This document shows positions 22,801 to 33,087 of a stretch of 64,000 bases of DNA, one piece after another. The stretch comes from Opitutales bacterium (lineage in GTDB: Bacteria; Verrucomicrobiota; Verrucomicrobiia; Opitutales; JAFGAQ01), in contig JAPXRV010000006.1 in assembly GCA_033813415.1 (NCBI GenBank), positions 10,384 through 74,383 of the forward strand, in the 5' to 3' direction. The notes beneath the pieces were generated by a model that had not been told where the DNA came from, ran no database searches, and saw nothing but the letters and a program-made list of their open reading frames with translations. The translations under genes and the position numbers were made by a program. Within the stretch, counting starts at the first letter, position 1. Every line of letters starts with the position of its first letter.

Positions 22801-25362
22801 ATGCCGAAATACATTCCCAAACGACTTCAAAGCCCAACCGGCCATCCCGGATTGAGGCCGTTAACCAAGCCGGAAATTCTGGCTCCGGCTGGTGATTGGG
22901 ATTGCGTGCATGCGGCCGCAGAAAACGGGGCTGATGCGATCTATTTCGGATTGGACAGATTCAACGCGCGCATGCGCGCCGAAAACTTCAAAACCGGAGA
23001 TTTGCCTGAACTGATGGCGTTTCTTCACAAGAGAGGGATGCGGGGATACCTGACATTCAACACGCTCTTATTCACGCGCGAAATCCCGGAAGCCCTGCGG
23101 TTCCTGAAAGATGTCATCGTCAGTGGAGTCGATGCAATCATTGTCCAGGACGCGGGGGCGTGTCGACTGATTCGAAGTCTTTCTCCGGATGTCCCCATTC
23201 ACGCTTCCACCCAGATGAGCATATCCAGTGCGGCCGGGGTGAGATTCGCACACCGGCTGGGAGCGAGTCTAGCGGTTATTGCCAGAGAGTGCTCGCTGAG
23301 CGAGACCGCATCCGTCATCGAATCCATTGGTGGATCGGATGAAGATATGCCGATTGAAATCTTTGTGCATGGAGCCTTGTGTGTGGCCTATTCGGGTCAA
23401 TGCCTCACCAGCGAGGCACTCGGAGGACGATCCGCCAACCGGGGGGAATGCGCCCAGGCATGCCGGCTTCCCTATGAGCTGATCGCGGATGGCGAGACGG
23501 TCACCTTGGGCGACCGGCGGTATCTCCTCAGCCCTCAGGATTTGGCCGGTATCAGCCTCATTCCCGAAATCATCCGCAGCGGCGTAGCTTCACTCAAAAT
23601 TGAAGGCCGACTCAAATCTCCGGAGTATGTGGCCGCCGTGACCGACGTCTACCGAAGGCAACTCGACAAGGTTTGGAACGCGATGCTGCAAGACCATGAA
23701 AACCGGGATTTTGAACAACCATCTTCCGAAGACCGGTACACACTCGACATGACTTTCTCACGGGGACTTGGATCCGGTTGGCTCGAAGGGATCCACAACC
23801 AACGACTCGTCCACGCTAGATTCGGCAAAAAGAGAGGTGTTTGCGTGGGAACAGTCGCTTCGGTGGATTCCCATGGAGTCACCATCTCCGGCAACGCACG
23901 GCTCAAAGCAGGGGATGGGGTGGTCTTCGACGCCGGACATCCCGACAAACCGGAGGAGGGCGGCCGGATCATGACCATTGACGAGCGTGAGAACGGAGCA
24001 TTCCTGCGGTTCTTACCAGGAGCCGTCGATCCCAGACGCATTCAAGCGGGTCAACTGGTCTGGAAAACATCCGATCCCGTCCTCGAAAAACGCCTGCGCC
24101 AAAGCTGGCAACATCCCGCAGACAGCAAAACATCTCCTATTCAGGCCATCGTATCCGGATCAGTAGGCGCACCTCTTGAACTGACTTTTTCCGACGATTC
24201 CGGAAACTCGACATCACTCACCAGTGTGATCCCGCTCCAAAAAGCCGAAAAACGCGCGTTGGACCAAGACTTTCTCATCCAACAAATCGGGAGACTCGGG
24301 GGCAGTCCTTTTCATCTAGAGAATCTGGAATGCCGATTACCTCCGGATTGCATGATTCCGGTATCTGCCCTGAACCAACTCAGGCGTGATGGGGTGGCTG
24401 CCTTGATTGAGCAACGGGAGCAACCCATCCCATGGAAAATCAACCGCTCTTTTGATTGGGCGCCTGCGGCTTCTCTCACCTTCAGGCCGGTCAATCCCAG
24501 TGACGTCCACTTTGTCCCGCTGGTTCGCACGATGGAACAGTTTGAAAGAATCCTGGGACTGAAAGGATACCGGGATATCTACCTCGAACTCGACCACCCG
24601 GGGAAGATAAGGGAAGCCTGCGAAGCGTTCCGGAAATCCAGAAGCCCGGACTCCATCAACCGGAACCTTTGGCTGGCCCCACCCCGCATCTTCAAACCAG
24701 GAGAAGACAGGATTATCCAACAGTTACTCGAATCCGGCGCCGACGGTTTCCTCGTTCGCAATTATGACCACCTTGAAGGCTTAAAAGGACAAAGGCTCCG
24801 TGGTGACTTTTCGCTGAACATTTCCAACCCGATCAGCGTGGAATGGTTTCTCAAGAACCACCATCTCGAAAGGATCACGGCCTCATACGATCTCAATCAG
24901 GACCAATTGCTTGATCTTCTGCGGGCCTCCCCTCAGGGCATGATCGAGATCACCCTTCATCAACACATGCCAATGTTCCACATGGAGCATTGCCTGTTCT
25001 GCGCATTTCTGACCAACGGCAAGGATTTCAGGGACTGCGGTCGCCCCTGCGATTCCACTGAACTCTCCGTTCGGGACCGGGTCGGAATGGAACATCCCGT
25101 TAAGGCCGATGCCGGGTGCAGAAACACCGTTTTCAACGGCCGGGCTCAAACGGGCGCGGAATACCTCGATTCTTTCATTCAGGCAGGCGCGTCGGTCTTC
25201 AGAATCGAGTTCCTCAACGAGAGTCCGGATGAGATGGAAAGCACCCTCCGTAACTACCAACTCCTTCTTCAGGGAAGAATTGAGAGCTCTGTTCTCTGGC
25301 GGGATCTCAAACTGATCAATCAGCTGGGAGTGACCCGCGGAACCCTCAAATCGACCCGCTGA
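22801..25362 (+). CDS. U32 family peptidase, long form
   Basis: LAPAGDWDCVHAAAENGADAIYFG N-terminus and U32 signature EIFVHGALCVAYSGQCLTS. 853 aa. Confidence 0.85.
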   Translation: MPKYIPKRLQSPTGHPGLRPLTKPEILAPAGDWDCVHAAAENGADAIYFGLDRFNARMRAENFKTGDLPELMAFLHKRGMRGYLTFNTLLFTREIPEALRFLKDVIVSGVDAIIVQDAGACRLIRSLSPDVPIHASTQMSISSAAGVRFAHRLGASLAVIARECSLSETASVIESIGGSDEDMPIEIFVHGALCVAYSGQCLTSEALGGRSANRGECAQACRLPYELIADGETVTLGDRRYLLSPQDLAGISLIPEIIRSGVASLKIEGRLKSPEYVAAVTDVYRRQLDKVWNAMLQDHENRDFEQPSSEDRYTLDMTFSRGLGSGWLEGIHNQRLVHARFGKKRGVCVGTVASVDSHGVTISGNARLKAGDGVVFDAGHPDKPEEGGRIMTIDERENGAFLRFLPGAVDPRRIQAGQLVWKTSDPVLEKRLRQSWQHPADSKTSPIQAIVSGSVGAPLELTFSDDSGNSTSLTSVIPLQKAEKRALDQDFLIQQIGRLGGSPFHLENLECRLPPDCMIPVSALNQLRRDGVAALIEQREQPIPWKINRSFDWAPAASLTFRPVNPSDVHFVPLVRTMEQFERILGLKGYRDIYLELDHPGKIREACEAFRKSRSPDSINRNLWLAPPRIFKPGEDRIIQQLLESGADGFLVRNYDHLEGLKGQRLRGDFSLNISNPISVEWFLKNHHLERITASYDLNQDQLLDLLRASPQGMIEITLHQHMPMFHMEHCLFCAFLTNGKDFRDCGRPCDSTELSVRDRVGMEHPVKADAGCRNTVFNGRAQTGAEYLDSFIQAGASVFRIEFLNESPDEMESTLRNYQLLLQGRIESSVLWRDLKLINQLGVTRGTLKSTR

Positions 25363-25501
25363 TTTCCCACCTCCTGAAGATTCCAGGGATTTTCAGGTTG
25401 GCACCATTTGCACATTCCGCATGAATGACTTTCCTCTGCAAAAAGAAAGGAGCTTCACTCATTGGGAAACACCATGAAAGGAAAAAGGGGCACCCCCTGC
25501 C

Positions 25502-25966
25502 CTACTCCAACGAACGCACCATTACCGTCGATTGCTTCCATTCGATCACCTTTCCATCAAACACGAGGATGTCCGTTTTCAAATCATAGTGCTTCATTTC
25601 CTGAGTAAAAACCGGTTCCTGAATGGTCCTGCTTTCTCCTGTCAACGGATCGATGTAGGGAATCTCCTCCATGCGAGATGCCACCATGTCCACCCGGCTT
25701 TGAAATGGCTCTTCATAAATCCAGCGCTCAAAAACCAGATCTTCCCGTTCAATTTTGGTCTTTTCTTTGGGCTGACCATAGAGCTCTACCAATTCGGTGA
25801 CCGGCATCCCCTTCGATAGCCCGGTCATACTCCCCAAAGCTTGTGGCTCAGCTCCAGCCATCGGAGAAGGATCGGCCCCGCCGCTTTTTTGCTCCACATT
25901 CGAGCAAGCCCCAAGTCCGATAAGTAATCCAACTCCTACCAAAATCCGAATATAAAACTGTCGCAT
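25502..25966 (-). CDS. Small lipoprotein, unknown function
   Basis: MRQFYIRILVGVGLLIGLGAC lipobox. Start trimmed to 25966. Confidence 0.5.
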   Translation of the reverse strand: MRQFYIRILVGVGLLIGLGACSNVEQKSGGADPSPMAGAEPQALGSMTGLSKGMPVTELVELYGQPKEKTKIEREDLVFERWIYEEPFQSRVDMVASRMEEIPYIDPLTGESRTIQEPVFTQEMKHYDLKTDILVFDGKVIEWKQSTVMVRSLE

Positions 25967-26061
25967 GATCATAACCATTATTGTTGATGCTGGTTCTTCC
26001 ATAATCAAAACCAATGGTATCCCGAAGAGACTACCATCCCTTCAAAAAACGAGAGCCAAAT

Positions 26062-28098
26062 TCAGAGTCCTTTGCGGGTGAGCATCCAAACACTATCCGA
26101 CACGTTAGCCGGTAGTCCTTTAGCCCATCCATCCGTTTCGACAACACAATCAATTGCCCGTTCTTCACCTGTGTCCAAATCGAAGACCCGGCCTTCGTAG
26201 GACCCGGGAGCGATCCCTTCAACCTGAAGGTCAAAGGTAGAACCCAACGCTTCGGGGGCGACCACCGTTCGCATCAGCAACCGGTCATCCTCTCCTACAG
26301 CATAGGCATGGATCCCTTGCCCCAAACCGCCAAAATCAATCCCTTCGAGGCGAAACCAATCCGCTCCCACACTGGCAATTGAAAACACGTGCGGTCCGGC
26401 TGCGAAAGGAACCTCCACCGGATCGGGTGGCGGTGGCCAATCATTCGGATCGTGGCTGGGAGGCTGGGGATCAAAAACCTTGCGGGACACCTCTTGTCCG
26501 TCGAGCGACAAAACCATCTCCGCCCCTTTCGCCCCGACCCCCGTCAGCCGAACCCGAATGACCCCTTCTTTCGCGGCATCAAAGCTGAACTGGAGCGGTT
26601 CACGGGTCATTTCCGCATGCTCGCCAGTTTGGGAATTCATGTACGCCGACACCTCCATCTGGTGGGCGGCTGAAAAGCCCTCCGGCAAATCGAAGGCATA
26701 TCGGCGGGTGGCCTTCCACCCCAGACCGGGCTTGAATGATCCGGTGCCCTCGATCCCGCTTTTGAGAACCACCGTCTTCGCCTTGGATTCCTTCCATGAC
26801 GGATACCCCGAAATATCCAATATATTCGCGGCATTGCGGTACTCGGCATCCAGATCCAGCATGACCACCCGTTCCCAATACCAGTAGGACGCGGCTCCCG
26901 CATGCCCGGAAAGAATCCCGGCCCATATACCATCCCGCAACACCCGATGTTCACGGTCTTCAACAAAATTGGCCCCTCCGTATTCTCCGAAAAACCAAGG
27001 CTTTCCTTTGACCGGAGGCGTTCCGGAGATCGAAGTAAATACATCAGCCGGGTAGATGTGGGGCTGATAGAAGTCCATTTTGGCATAGAGCGCTGGATGC
27101 TCGACTTCCGAACTTATCGTGATAAGGTGCTGATGCGTGTCAATCGAACGGATCATCCCGGCCATGCTGTTGGCCCAGGTCGAAACAGCATCCCAGTCAT
27201 GATTCTTGCGCACCGGATCCACCCACTCGACTTCATTGAACAATTCCCATGCCATCACCGATGGTGAATGTCCCCAACGCGCAACGGCATGCCGAAGCCA
27301 GTTTTTGGTCCACCGGATCGCCTTCGGGTCCGTGAAGAAATCCCCCGGCTGCTCCAGAAATCCTCCGTTCGCCTTATTCCATGGGTGAATGTCCCAGTTT
27401 GAGTTCACCTCCGAGCTGAAAAGCCCGTGATGAAACAAGACCAGTTGGAAACGCATTCCGGCGGCATCCGCGGCCGACACAATCCGATCCCACTGTTTCA
27501 ATGCCGAGGGCAATAGCTCCCCATCGGGAGCCACGGAGTCATCTCTGGTATCGAAGAACGGGCTTTTTCCGTCCCAGTGGCAGGCCCAAATCCGTGCCCA
27601 GTTCATCCCGGCCTCACTCATGAGACCAAGATGGTCGGAAATTGTCAGAATCCGCTTGTCCTGCCAGCCCAGATTGTGACCCAACGGGAAAAAGGGAAGC
27701 CCTTCATCCGTCTCAAATCGCTCGCCCCTTACCCGGACAAAGCCCGATCCAAGCAACTCGTCCTCTGGCACCACCAAGCCCTGCGCATCCACCCCGCCCA
27801 CGGGCGATCCATCCATCATCAATCTCGCATCGTAGGTGCCGGGGTGTTTGGCAACGAACCATGCCTTCCACTGCCCATCGTCGAAGTAAGCCAGACGCTC
27901 CTCCCGCCCACCATTCGCGGAAACAAACTCCACCCGGTAGTCGGCCGTCTCATGATCGTATGGGTTTCCCTCGTGAGCATGATCAAAACTCACTTGCACC
28001 GGCCCATACCACTCCGAAGTGAACAAGAATATTAACGGACTGATAATTGATGTCATCACAGACCGTTGAAATGGGGAGGCGGATGGGCCTGTTGTCAA
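26062..28098 (-). CDS. Glycoside hydrolase, GH5-like (beta/alpha)8 catalytic domain with N- and C-terminal beta-sandwich domains
   Basis: WELFNEVEW (acid/base NE) and WFFGEYGG (nucleophile E) motifs spaced as in clan GH-A enzymes. Start uncertain. Confidence 0.7.
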   Translation of the reverse strand: MTTGPSASPFQRSVMTSIISPLIFLFTSEWYGPVQVSFDHAHEGNPYDHETADYRVEFVSANGGREERLAYFDDGQWKAWFVAKHPGTYDARLMMDGSPVGGVDAQGLVVPEDELLGSGFVRVRGERFETDEGLPFFPLGHNLGWQDKRILTISDHLGLMSEAGMNWARIWACHWDGKSPFFDTRDDSVAPDGELLPSALKQWDRIVSAADAAGMRFQLVLFHHGLFSSEVNSNWDIHPWNKANGGFLEQPGDFFTDPKAIRWTKNWLRHAVARWGHSPSVMAWELFNEVEWVDPVRKNHDWDAVSTWANSMAGMIRSIDTHQHLITISSEVEHPALYAKMDFYQPHIYPADVFTSISGTPPVKGKPWFFGEYGGANFVEDREHRVLRDGIWAGILSGHAGAASYWYWERVVMLDLDAEYRNAANILDISGYPSWKESKAKTVVLKSGIEGTGSFKPGLGWKATRRYAFDLPEGFSAAHQMEVSAYMNSQTGEHAEMTREPLQFSFDAAKEGVIRVRLTGVGAKGAEMVLSLDGQEVSRKVFDPQPPSHDPNDWPPPPDPVEVPFAAGPHVFSIASVGADWFRLEGIDFGGLGQGIHAYAVGEDDRLLMRTVVAPEALGSTFDLQVEGIAPGSYEGRVFDLDTGEERAIDCVVETDGWAKGLPANVSDSVWMLTRKGL

Positions 28099-28202
28099 AC
28101 CTATTGACCAATTCGTGGCATCTTCGATCCCCGAATCCGGTCACATCAATCGGAGACGAGACAGAGATCCGCTCCGGGACACAATCCTCAGGTATCAATC
28201 CG

Positions 28203-28685
28203 CTACTTGGAAAGCGGGTTCTTGATCTGAACCACCCGGGTATACTGCATCCTGAACTCCTTTTCCAGCAGGTCCCGCGTGGACTGGGGAATCTTCTTAA
28301 CCCAATCCTCTATTGAGTCCCCTTCCTTACTATCTGTCGCTCCGGAAAAATCCTCCTCCGTGATATCATCCCGCCCGCCTCCAGCATCATCAACCGGAAT
28401 CACAAATCCTTCCGGCAATTCAGTCGGGAACTCCGAATCAGCCACATCTCCGCCGTCAAATCCCATCTCCGCAGGATGCACACACGCCACTACAGAAGCG
28501 TTCGGGGATTCCGCATCCACTTCCTCGTCCTCATCGCATGCGCCCGAGGGAACAGCCGGCGACACTGGTGCTTCATCCGGAATGCTTCGAGCACTTCCCT
28601 GCCCCGGCCCATCCGCTGAAATCCGCCCCAGCACCATGGGGATCGAAACAGCCGGGCGATCAGTCCCGCCCGTCAGGACTTTTTT
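28203..28685 (-). CDS. dnaX: dnaX -1-frame extension (putative tau-specific C-terminal region), contiguous with dnaX only after a -1 shift at the A-run
   Basis: I translated the -1 frame by hand from the slippery site. It is open through GTC CTG ACG GGC GGG ACT GAT CGC CCG GCT GTT TCG ATC CCC ATG... into the 144-aa ORF 28203..28637. See the finding for details. Confidence 0.55.
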   Translation of the reverse strand, partial: KKVLTGGTDRPAVSIPMVLGRISADGPGQGSARSIPDEAPVSPAVPSGACDEDEEVDAESPNASVVACVHPAEMGFDGGDVADSEFPTELPEGFVIPVDDAGGGRDDITEEDFSGATDSKEGDSIEDWVKKIPQSTRDLLEKEFRMQYTRVVQIKNPLSK

Positions 28686-28689
28686 TTTT
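28653..28689 (-). promoter_or_regulatory. Candidate programmed -1 frameshift / slippage cassette: A10 run containing A AAA AAG, 6-nt spacer, GC hairpin
   Basis: Minus strand reads GAG GAA AAA AAA AAG TCC TGA CGGGCG ggactgat CGCCCG. The heptamer A AAA AAG is in the correct phase with the dnaX zero frame. The hairpin arms are at 28672-28667 and 28658-28653. Confidence 0.55.
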
Positions 28690-29806
28690 CCTCTTCCGCA
28701 GGCAGACTGTCCCGCATCGCGGCGATATCCCGAATCAATTGATCAATTGAAGTCGCGCCAATCTCACGCAAGGCCTTGAGAAGGGTCACTTCGAAATTCA
28801 CCCGATCCGAAAGTCCACGCTTCACCGCATCCTCACCCTTCTTCAAGGTGTCAATCACGCGGACATACGCCTGAGAGGATACACCGCCGCTTCCCTGCGC
28901 ACTTCCACCCAGACGCTCCAGCAGACGCGAACGGAAATACGATTCCAGATCGAGCAACACCCGGTAGAGATCCCGCCCTTCATTGACCAACTCATCGACG
29001 GCCACCATCAATGCCCGCTCATCCTGATCCTCGATCAGTGAAGCGATCTTCCCGAGTTGATCCATCGGCGCCAGTCCATAGACGTTGCTGACATCCTTCT
29101 CATCAATCTGGTTGCCGCAGAACGCGATCAACTGGTCAAGGATCGACTGGGAATCCCGCATCCCCCCGTTTGCCAGCTTGGCAATCGCCTTCAAAGCGCT
29201 CTCACTCACGTTGATCTTTTCCGCCGCCGCGATCTCGGAGAGCTTGGCCATGATCACCGCATCGTCGATCGGCCTGAATTCAAAGCGTTGGCAACGTGAC
29301 ACGATCGTGGGCAGGACCTTCTGAGCCTCTGTCGTCGCGAAAATGAATTTCACATGCGGCGGAGGCTCCTCGAGCGTCTTGAGCAGTGCGTTGAAAGCCG
29401 CATTGGTGAGCATGTGCACTTCGTCGATGATGTAGATCTTGAAGCGCCCCTGCGTCGCACCGTAGCTACAGTCCTCCCTCAGGTCGCGGATCTGATCCAC
29501 CGAGTTGTTCGAGGCCCCGTCGATTTCGATCACATCGAGAAACTGCCCGGCCATGATCGCCTTGCAAATCGGGGAATCCGGAGAGGGTTCAATAGTCGGT
29601 CCATTCTCGCAGTTCAACGCGCAGGCAAACAAACGGGCAGTACTCGTCTTTCCGGTGCCACGGGGTCCGACAAAAAGGTAAGCATGCGCGATCCGATCCT
29701 GCTCGATTGCATTCCGGAGAGTCTGGACAATGTGCTCCTGCCCAACCAGTTCCTTAAAACTGCGTGGGCGCCAACGGCGTGCGATGACCTGATATGACTG
29801 CTGCAT
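28673..29806 (-). CDS. dnaX: DNA polymerase III subunit gamma/tau, zero-frame product (377 aa, gamma-like)
   Basis: [25 protein letters not shown], Walker [10 protein letters not shown], zinc module CALNCENG and DEVHML. The ORF ends ...EEEKKKS* right after the A-run. Confidence 0.9.
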   Translation of the reverse strand: MQQSYQVIARRWRPRSFKELVGQEHIVQTLRNAIEQDRIAHAYLFVGPRGTGKTSTARLFACALNCENGPTIEPSPDSPICKAIMAGQFLDVIEIDGASNNSVDQIRDLREDCSYGATQGRFKIYIIDEVHMLTNAAFNALLKTLEEPPPHVKFIFATTEAQKVLPTIVSRCQRFEFRPIDDAVIMAKLSEIAAAEKINVSESALKAIAKLANGGMRDSQSILDQLIAFCGNQIDEKDVSNVYGLAPMDQLGKIASLIEDQDERALMVAVDELVNEGRDLYRVLLDLESYFRSRLLERLGGSAQGSGGVSSQAYVRVIDTLKKGEDAVKRGLSDRVNFEVTLLKALREIGATSIDQLIRDIAAMRDSLPAEEEKKKS

Positions 29807-29963
29807 GGTATGGGAAGCAGACTAAAGCCACCGATCCACAACTCAACCCAAAACACCGCTTACTTGCATCATCCACGATCAATGGCCCATGAAGACTACT
29901 CCCCGCGGGCGTTGCCAAACATTACAGGCCGCTCAGGTTCCTCGACTTCTCTTTTCACTGAGC

Positions 29964-30495
29964 GCTTTGTGGCAAATAATCCTCTTCATACCTGCTGCCC
30001 CAGGATCGAAATCAACCGTCCTCTTCCGGAGGGCATGGCTTCAGCCATGCCACCCCACCAGCCCTTCATTCGCTGGCGGATGAGCGAGGACGCTCATCCC
30101 TACCCGCAACAGCCAATTTTCCCCGTATCCAAGGTAGGGCGAACCGTCCCGGTGAGCCGCCTCTTCTCCCCCTTTGTGGTAAAGAAAGACAAAGAGCTCT
30201 ATTCACCACGAAGAAACGAAGGTCCACGAAGAAAGATCTGCCATCATTCCCTCCAACCTTTGTGGTCTCTGTGTGCTTTGTGGCAAATAATCCTCTTCAG
30301 AGCTGCTGCTCCGGACAAGAAATCAACAGTCCTCTTCCGGAGGGGGTGGCTTCAGCCATCCTCTTTTGCCATACCCCACCAGCCCTTCATTCGCTGGCGG
30401 ATGAGCGAGGACGCTCATCCCTACCCGCAACAGCCAATTTTCCCCGTATCCAAGGCAGGGCGAGGTGTCCCCACCGAGCCGCTCTTCTCCCCCTT
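29964..30495. repeat. Two copies (about 215-220 nt each, offset about 311-321 nt) of a non-coding repeat with an 83-nt perfectly identical core
   Basis: The core accccaccagcccttcattcgctggcggatgagcgaggacgctcatccctacccgcaacagccaattttccccgtatccaagg occurs at 30052-30134 and 30373-30455. Each copy starts with gctttgtggcaaataatcctcttca (29964, 30275). It contains a 9-bp hairpin, ggatgagcg-agga-cgctcatcc. Confidence 0.85.
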
Positions 30496-31145
30496 TTCGT
30501 GCATTCCATGATTTTCGTGGTTGATCTTGCTCTCCATCTTTCTCCCCCTTCGTGCTCTTCGCGTCCTTTGTGGTAAAGAGAACTCTTTTTTGGACAGGAT
30601 CCACAGAATTGAAGAAGATTTGTCTCACGCAATGACCCCAAGACCCAAAGGGAAGAAGTTGGAATCAACCACTGATGGACTTCCCGGGAGATCTTCCCAT
30701 CATTGTCTATCAGTGTGCATCAGTGGTTGAATAAAGTTTTTCCTCTTCTTTCATGATTTTCGAGTCGTTCGTGGTTAACCCTCTTCAAACCTTGTGGCGA
30801 GGCGGTAAGGCCGAAGCCATCGTGGTGGGCGAAACTCATAGCAATGCCCATCCAGCGAGCAAAGTGAGTGATGTTGAATACAAAGAGTATCATAACATCG
30901 CCCTGCGGGCTATACGCCCCGAGCCTGCGGCTCAGTGCACAGATGTCCCTCGACTTCGCTCGGGACAACATACTATGAGTAAGAATCTGTTGTTTTGCGT
31001 CAGCAAAACGTATGTGGCCCGAAGGGCTTATAGCGAAGCGATGTTGAATACTCTTTTTTGAACAACGTTCGACTGCATGAGGACGTAGTTGCACCATGCT
31101 GACTCATTCTCTTTTCTCGAACAGGCAGCTCACTGACTTCGGCGT

Positions 31146-31889
31146 CTATGCTGAAGCATCCGGAGCCTGGATCACACCCTTGTTAATGAGATAATTCGCC
31201 CATTCCACATCCACAGGCCGGGTGATTTTGAAATTCGGTTGGGAAGACTCCAGAAGGCTGACCCGCCCTCCGCTCATCGCATAAGCGCCCACGCAATCCG
31301 TTACCACCGCGCCACTGTGCTGAACGGATCGGTAGGCATCCAGAATCGCACCATAGCGGAATACCTGAGGCGTCTCCATGGCCCAAAGCAAAGGGCGCTG
31401 AAGATCCCTGAGATTCAGGTTGCGCGTCTCTCCTTCATGGTCCGCCTGCTTGATGGTATCCGTCACCGGACGCGCCAGCGCCGCAGCTCCATCCTCCAAG
31501 ACCGCCTGTTTCAGCCGCACCAGGTCCTGAACCGTCACAAAGGGCCGGGCCACATCATGAACCGCTACCCATCCCGCATCCTCCGGCAATGCTTCCAGCC
31601 CATTGAACACGGAATCCTGACGCCGCGCTCCACCTTGAGCCCAATGCACGCGGGTGTGCCCCAGCGGAATTCCGGCAAGCTCAGCTTCAATCGCAGCGCG
31701 CTGCGCTTCATCCCGTGTCACAATGACAAGTTCCTGGAAAATCCCGGCTTGCAGAAACACATTCAGGTTCCACCGGACCACCGTTCCCCACGAACCAATC
31801 CGCAGAAGCGTCTTGTCCCGCGTGACCTCCTTCAGACGCGATCCGCTACCCCCGGCCAACAGAATCGCCGCAAATCCCTCTCTGCTCAT
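31146..31889 (-). CDS. ispD: 2-C-methyl-D-erythritol 4-phosphate cytidylyltransferase
   Basis: AAILLAGGSGSRL N-terminal motif and VAVHDVARPF. Start trimmed to MSREGF at 31889. Confidence 0.85.
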   Translation of the reverse strand: MSREGFAAILLAGGSGSRLKEVTRDKTLLRIGSWGTVVRWNLNVFLQAGIFQELVIVTRDEAQRAAIEAELAGIPLGHTRVHWAQGGARRQDSVFNGLEALPEDAGWVAVHDVARPFVTVQDLVRLKQAVLEDGAAALARPVTDTIKQADHEGETRNLNLRDLQRPLLWAMETPQVFRYGAILDAYRSVQHSGAVVTDCVGAYAMSGGRVSLLESSQPNFKITRPVDVEWANYLINKGVIQAPDASA

Positions 31890-31941
31890 ATTCGACCCGA
31901 TTTGTTTCGATGTGCAAAAGCACGCCTTCAGCACCCGAACG

Positions 31942-32358
31942 TCAGCCAGCCGGAGGCGTCTGCCCGGGGGCCATCTGCTTTACCGAAACCGGCAGCACAC
32001 CCAGCGTCTCACCATCCACCCGAAGATCGATCTGGTATTCCCCGGCATATTCAAAACGCACCCGCACCAGATTCAGGATCAGGTTGATGACCGCCGACGA
32101 CAGTCCATCCCCGAAGCGCACCTGCATGTTGCCCGACAAGGGGTCGATGATGTCTTTACCATCCTGATCCACAAAATGCACCTCGAACACGTGAGGCCCG
32201 GCCTCCATCCGCTCAAACCGCAAACGGATCGCCACCGCACAGTTCCCGTGAACGCCGGGCAGGGCCGTAAGAAGGATCCGGTCAAAAGCCCCCAATACAT
32301 TCAGTTTGCCATGGGAGTCAGTCGCAGCATCGCACAGGAGAAAGGCTTCAAGGTTCAT
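31942..32358 (-). CDS. Hypothetical protein (beta-rich, DUF6941-like by recollection)
   Basis: MNLEAFLLCDAATDSHGKLNVLGAF... pattern. 138 aa, co-directional with ispD. Confidence 0.5.
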   Translation of the reverse strand: MNLEAFLLCDAATDSHGKLNVLGAFDRILLTALPGVHGNCAVAIRLRFERMEAGPHVFEVHFVDQDGKDIIDPLSGNMQVRFGDGLSSAVINLILNLVRVRFEYAGEYQIDLRVDGETLGVLPVSVKQMAPGQTPPAG

Positions 32359-32540
32359 AATGCCCTATTTCTAACCCGACCCACCGCCCAATGCAACCCC
32401 CGCGTGTCATCCCGGAACAAATCCTCTCCGTCAGCCGCATCCATCTTTCCAATTGCCAACCCATCCAATCCTCTCCATCCTCGATCATGTGAACCAAACC
32501 CCACCCCGGTCCCCTGCTCAACTGGCAACGGATAACACTG

Positions 32541-32975
32541 ATGGGAAAACAAATGCACCTTCTCGGAATGCTCACAACGATCGGCGGTCTTCTGGGCATA
32601 ATCGCCTTTGGAGTCCTCGGAGTTACCCGCAGCATGCCCGCCGCCCTCATCACCCATGGAATACTCTTTGTGACCTTTGTAATATTCTCCATTCAGCGGA
32701 GCGGCAGCCTGACGGAATGGCGGAACATTAAGGTGGAGCCTCTCTACTATGTTCACTTTTCCATCATTATCCTGATTGGATTGGTATTCGTTATCGGAGG
32801 AGCCTGGATTGCTATTCTCGTCGAACCTGAATGTGAACCCAATTCAATGACGAAGTTGGATCAAATCTATTTCGGAACCATCTTTGCTTCGATAGGCGGA
32901 GGGCTTATCCCAATTGCCGTCGCTGATTGGATGTCGAACAGTCAAACAAGAAGCAGCACAAGACGTCCCTCCTAA
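32541..32975 (+). CDS. Small integral membrane protein (about 4 TM)
   Basis: Hydrophobic segments LLGMLTTIGGLLGIIAFGVLGV, ILFVTFVIFSI, FSIIILIGLVFVIGGAWIAILV and FGTIFASIGGGLIPIAV. Confidence 0.5.
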   Translation: MGKQMHLLGMLTTIGGLLGIIAFGVLGVTRSMPAALITHGILFVTFVIFSIQRSGSLTEWRNIKVEPLYYVHFSIIILIGLVFVIGGAWIAILVEPECEPNSMTKLDQIYFGTIFASIGGGLIPIAVADWMSNSQTRSSTRRPS

Positions 32976-33087
32976 CGCCTGACCCGCCGCCAGTTCCAGC
33001 CGTCATGACCGCTACAACATCAACCCGCAGTCGAAGCCTCGCCCCCAGTCAGGCGCAGGAGGACTTCGACGTTAAGCAAAAGAAACC

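Noticed and set aside
29964-30495. Possible CRISPR array (also considered for the palindromic elements at 56.5-61.7 kb)
   Set aside because: There are only two long copies with non-uniform spacing. The R-M-locus elements are irregularly spaced, of two families, and partly inside genes. No cas genes are in the window.
29810-30576. ORFs of 233 aa and 104 aa (29810..30511, 30262..30576, and others) across the region upstream of dnaX
   Set aside because: They are translations of the duplicated non-coding repeat. The same peptide (PHQPFIRWRMSEDAHPYPQQPIFPVSK) appears twice because the DNA is duplicated. Composition is low-complexity and there is no family resemblance.
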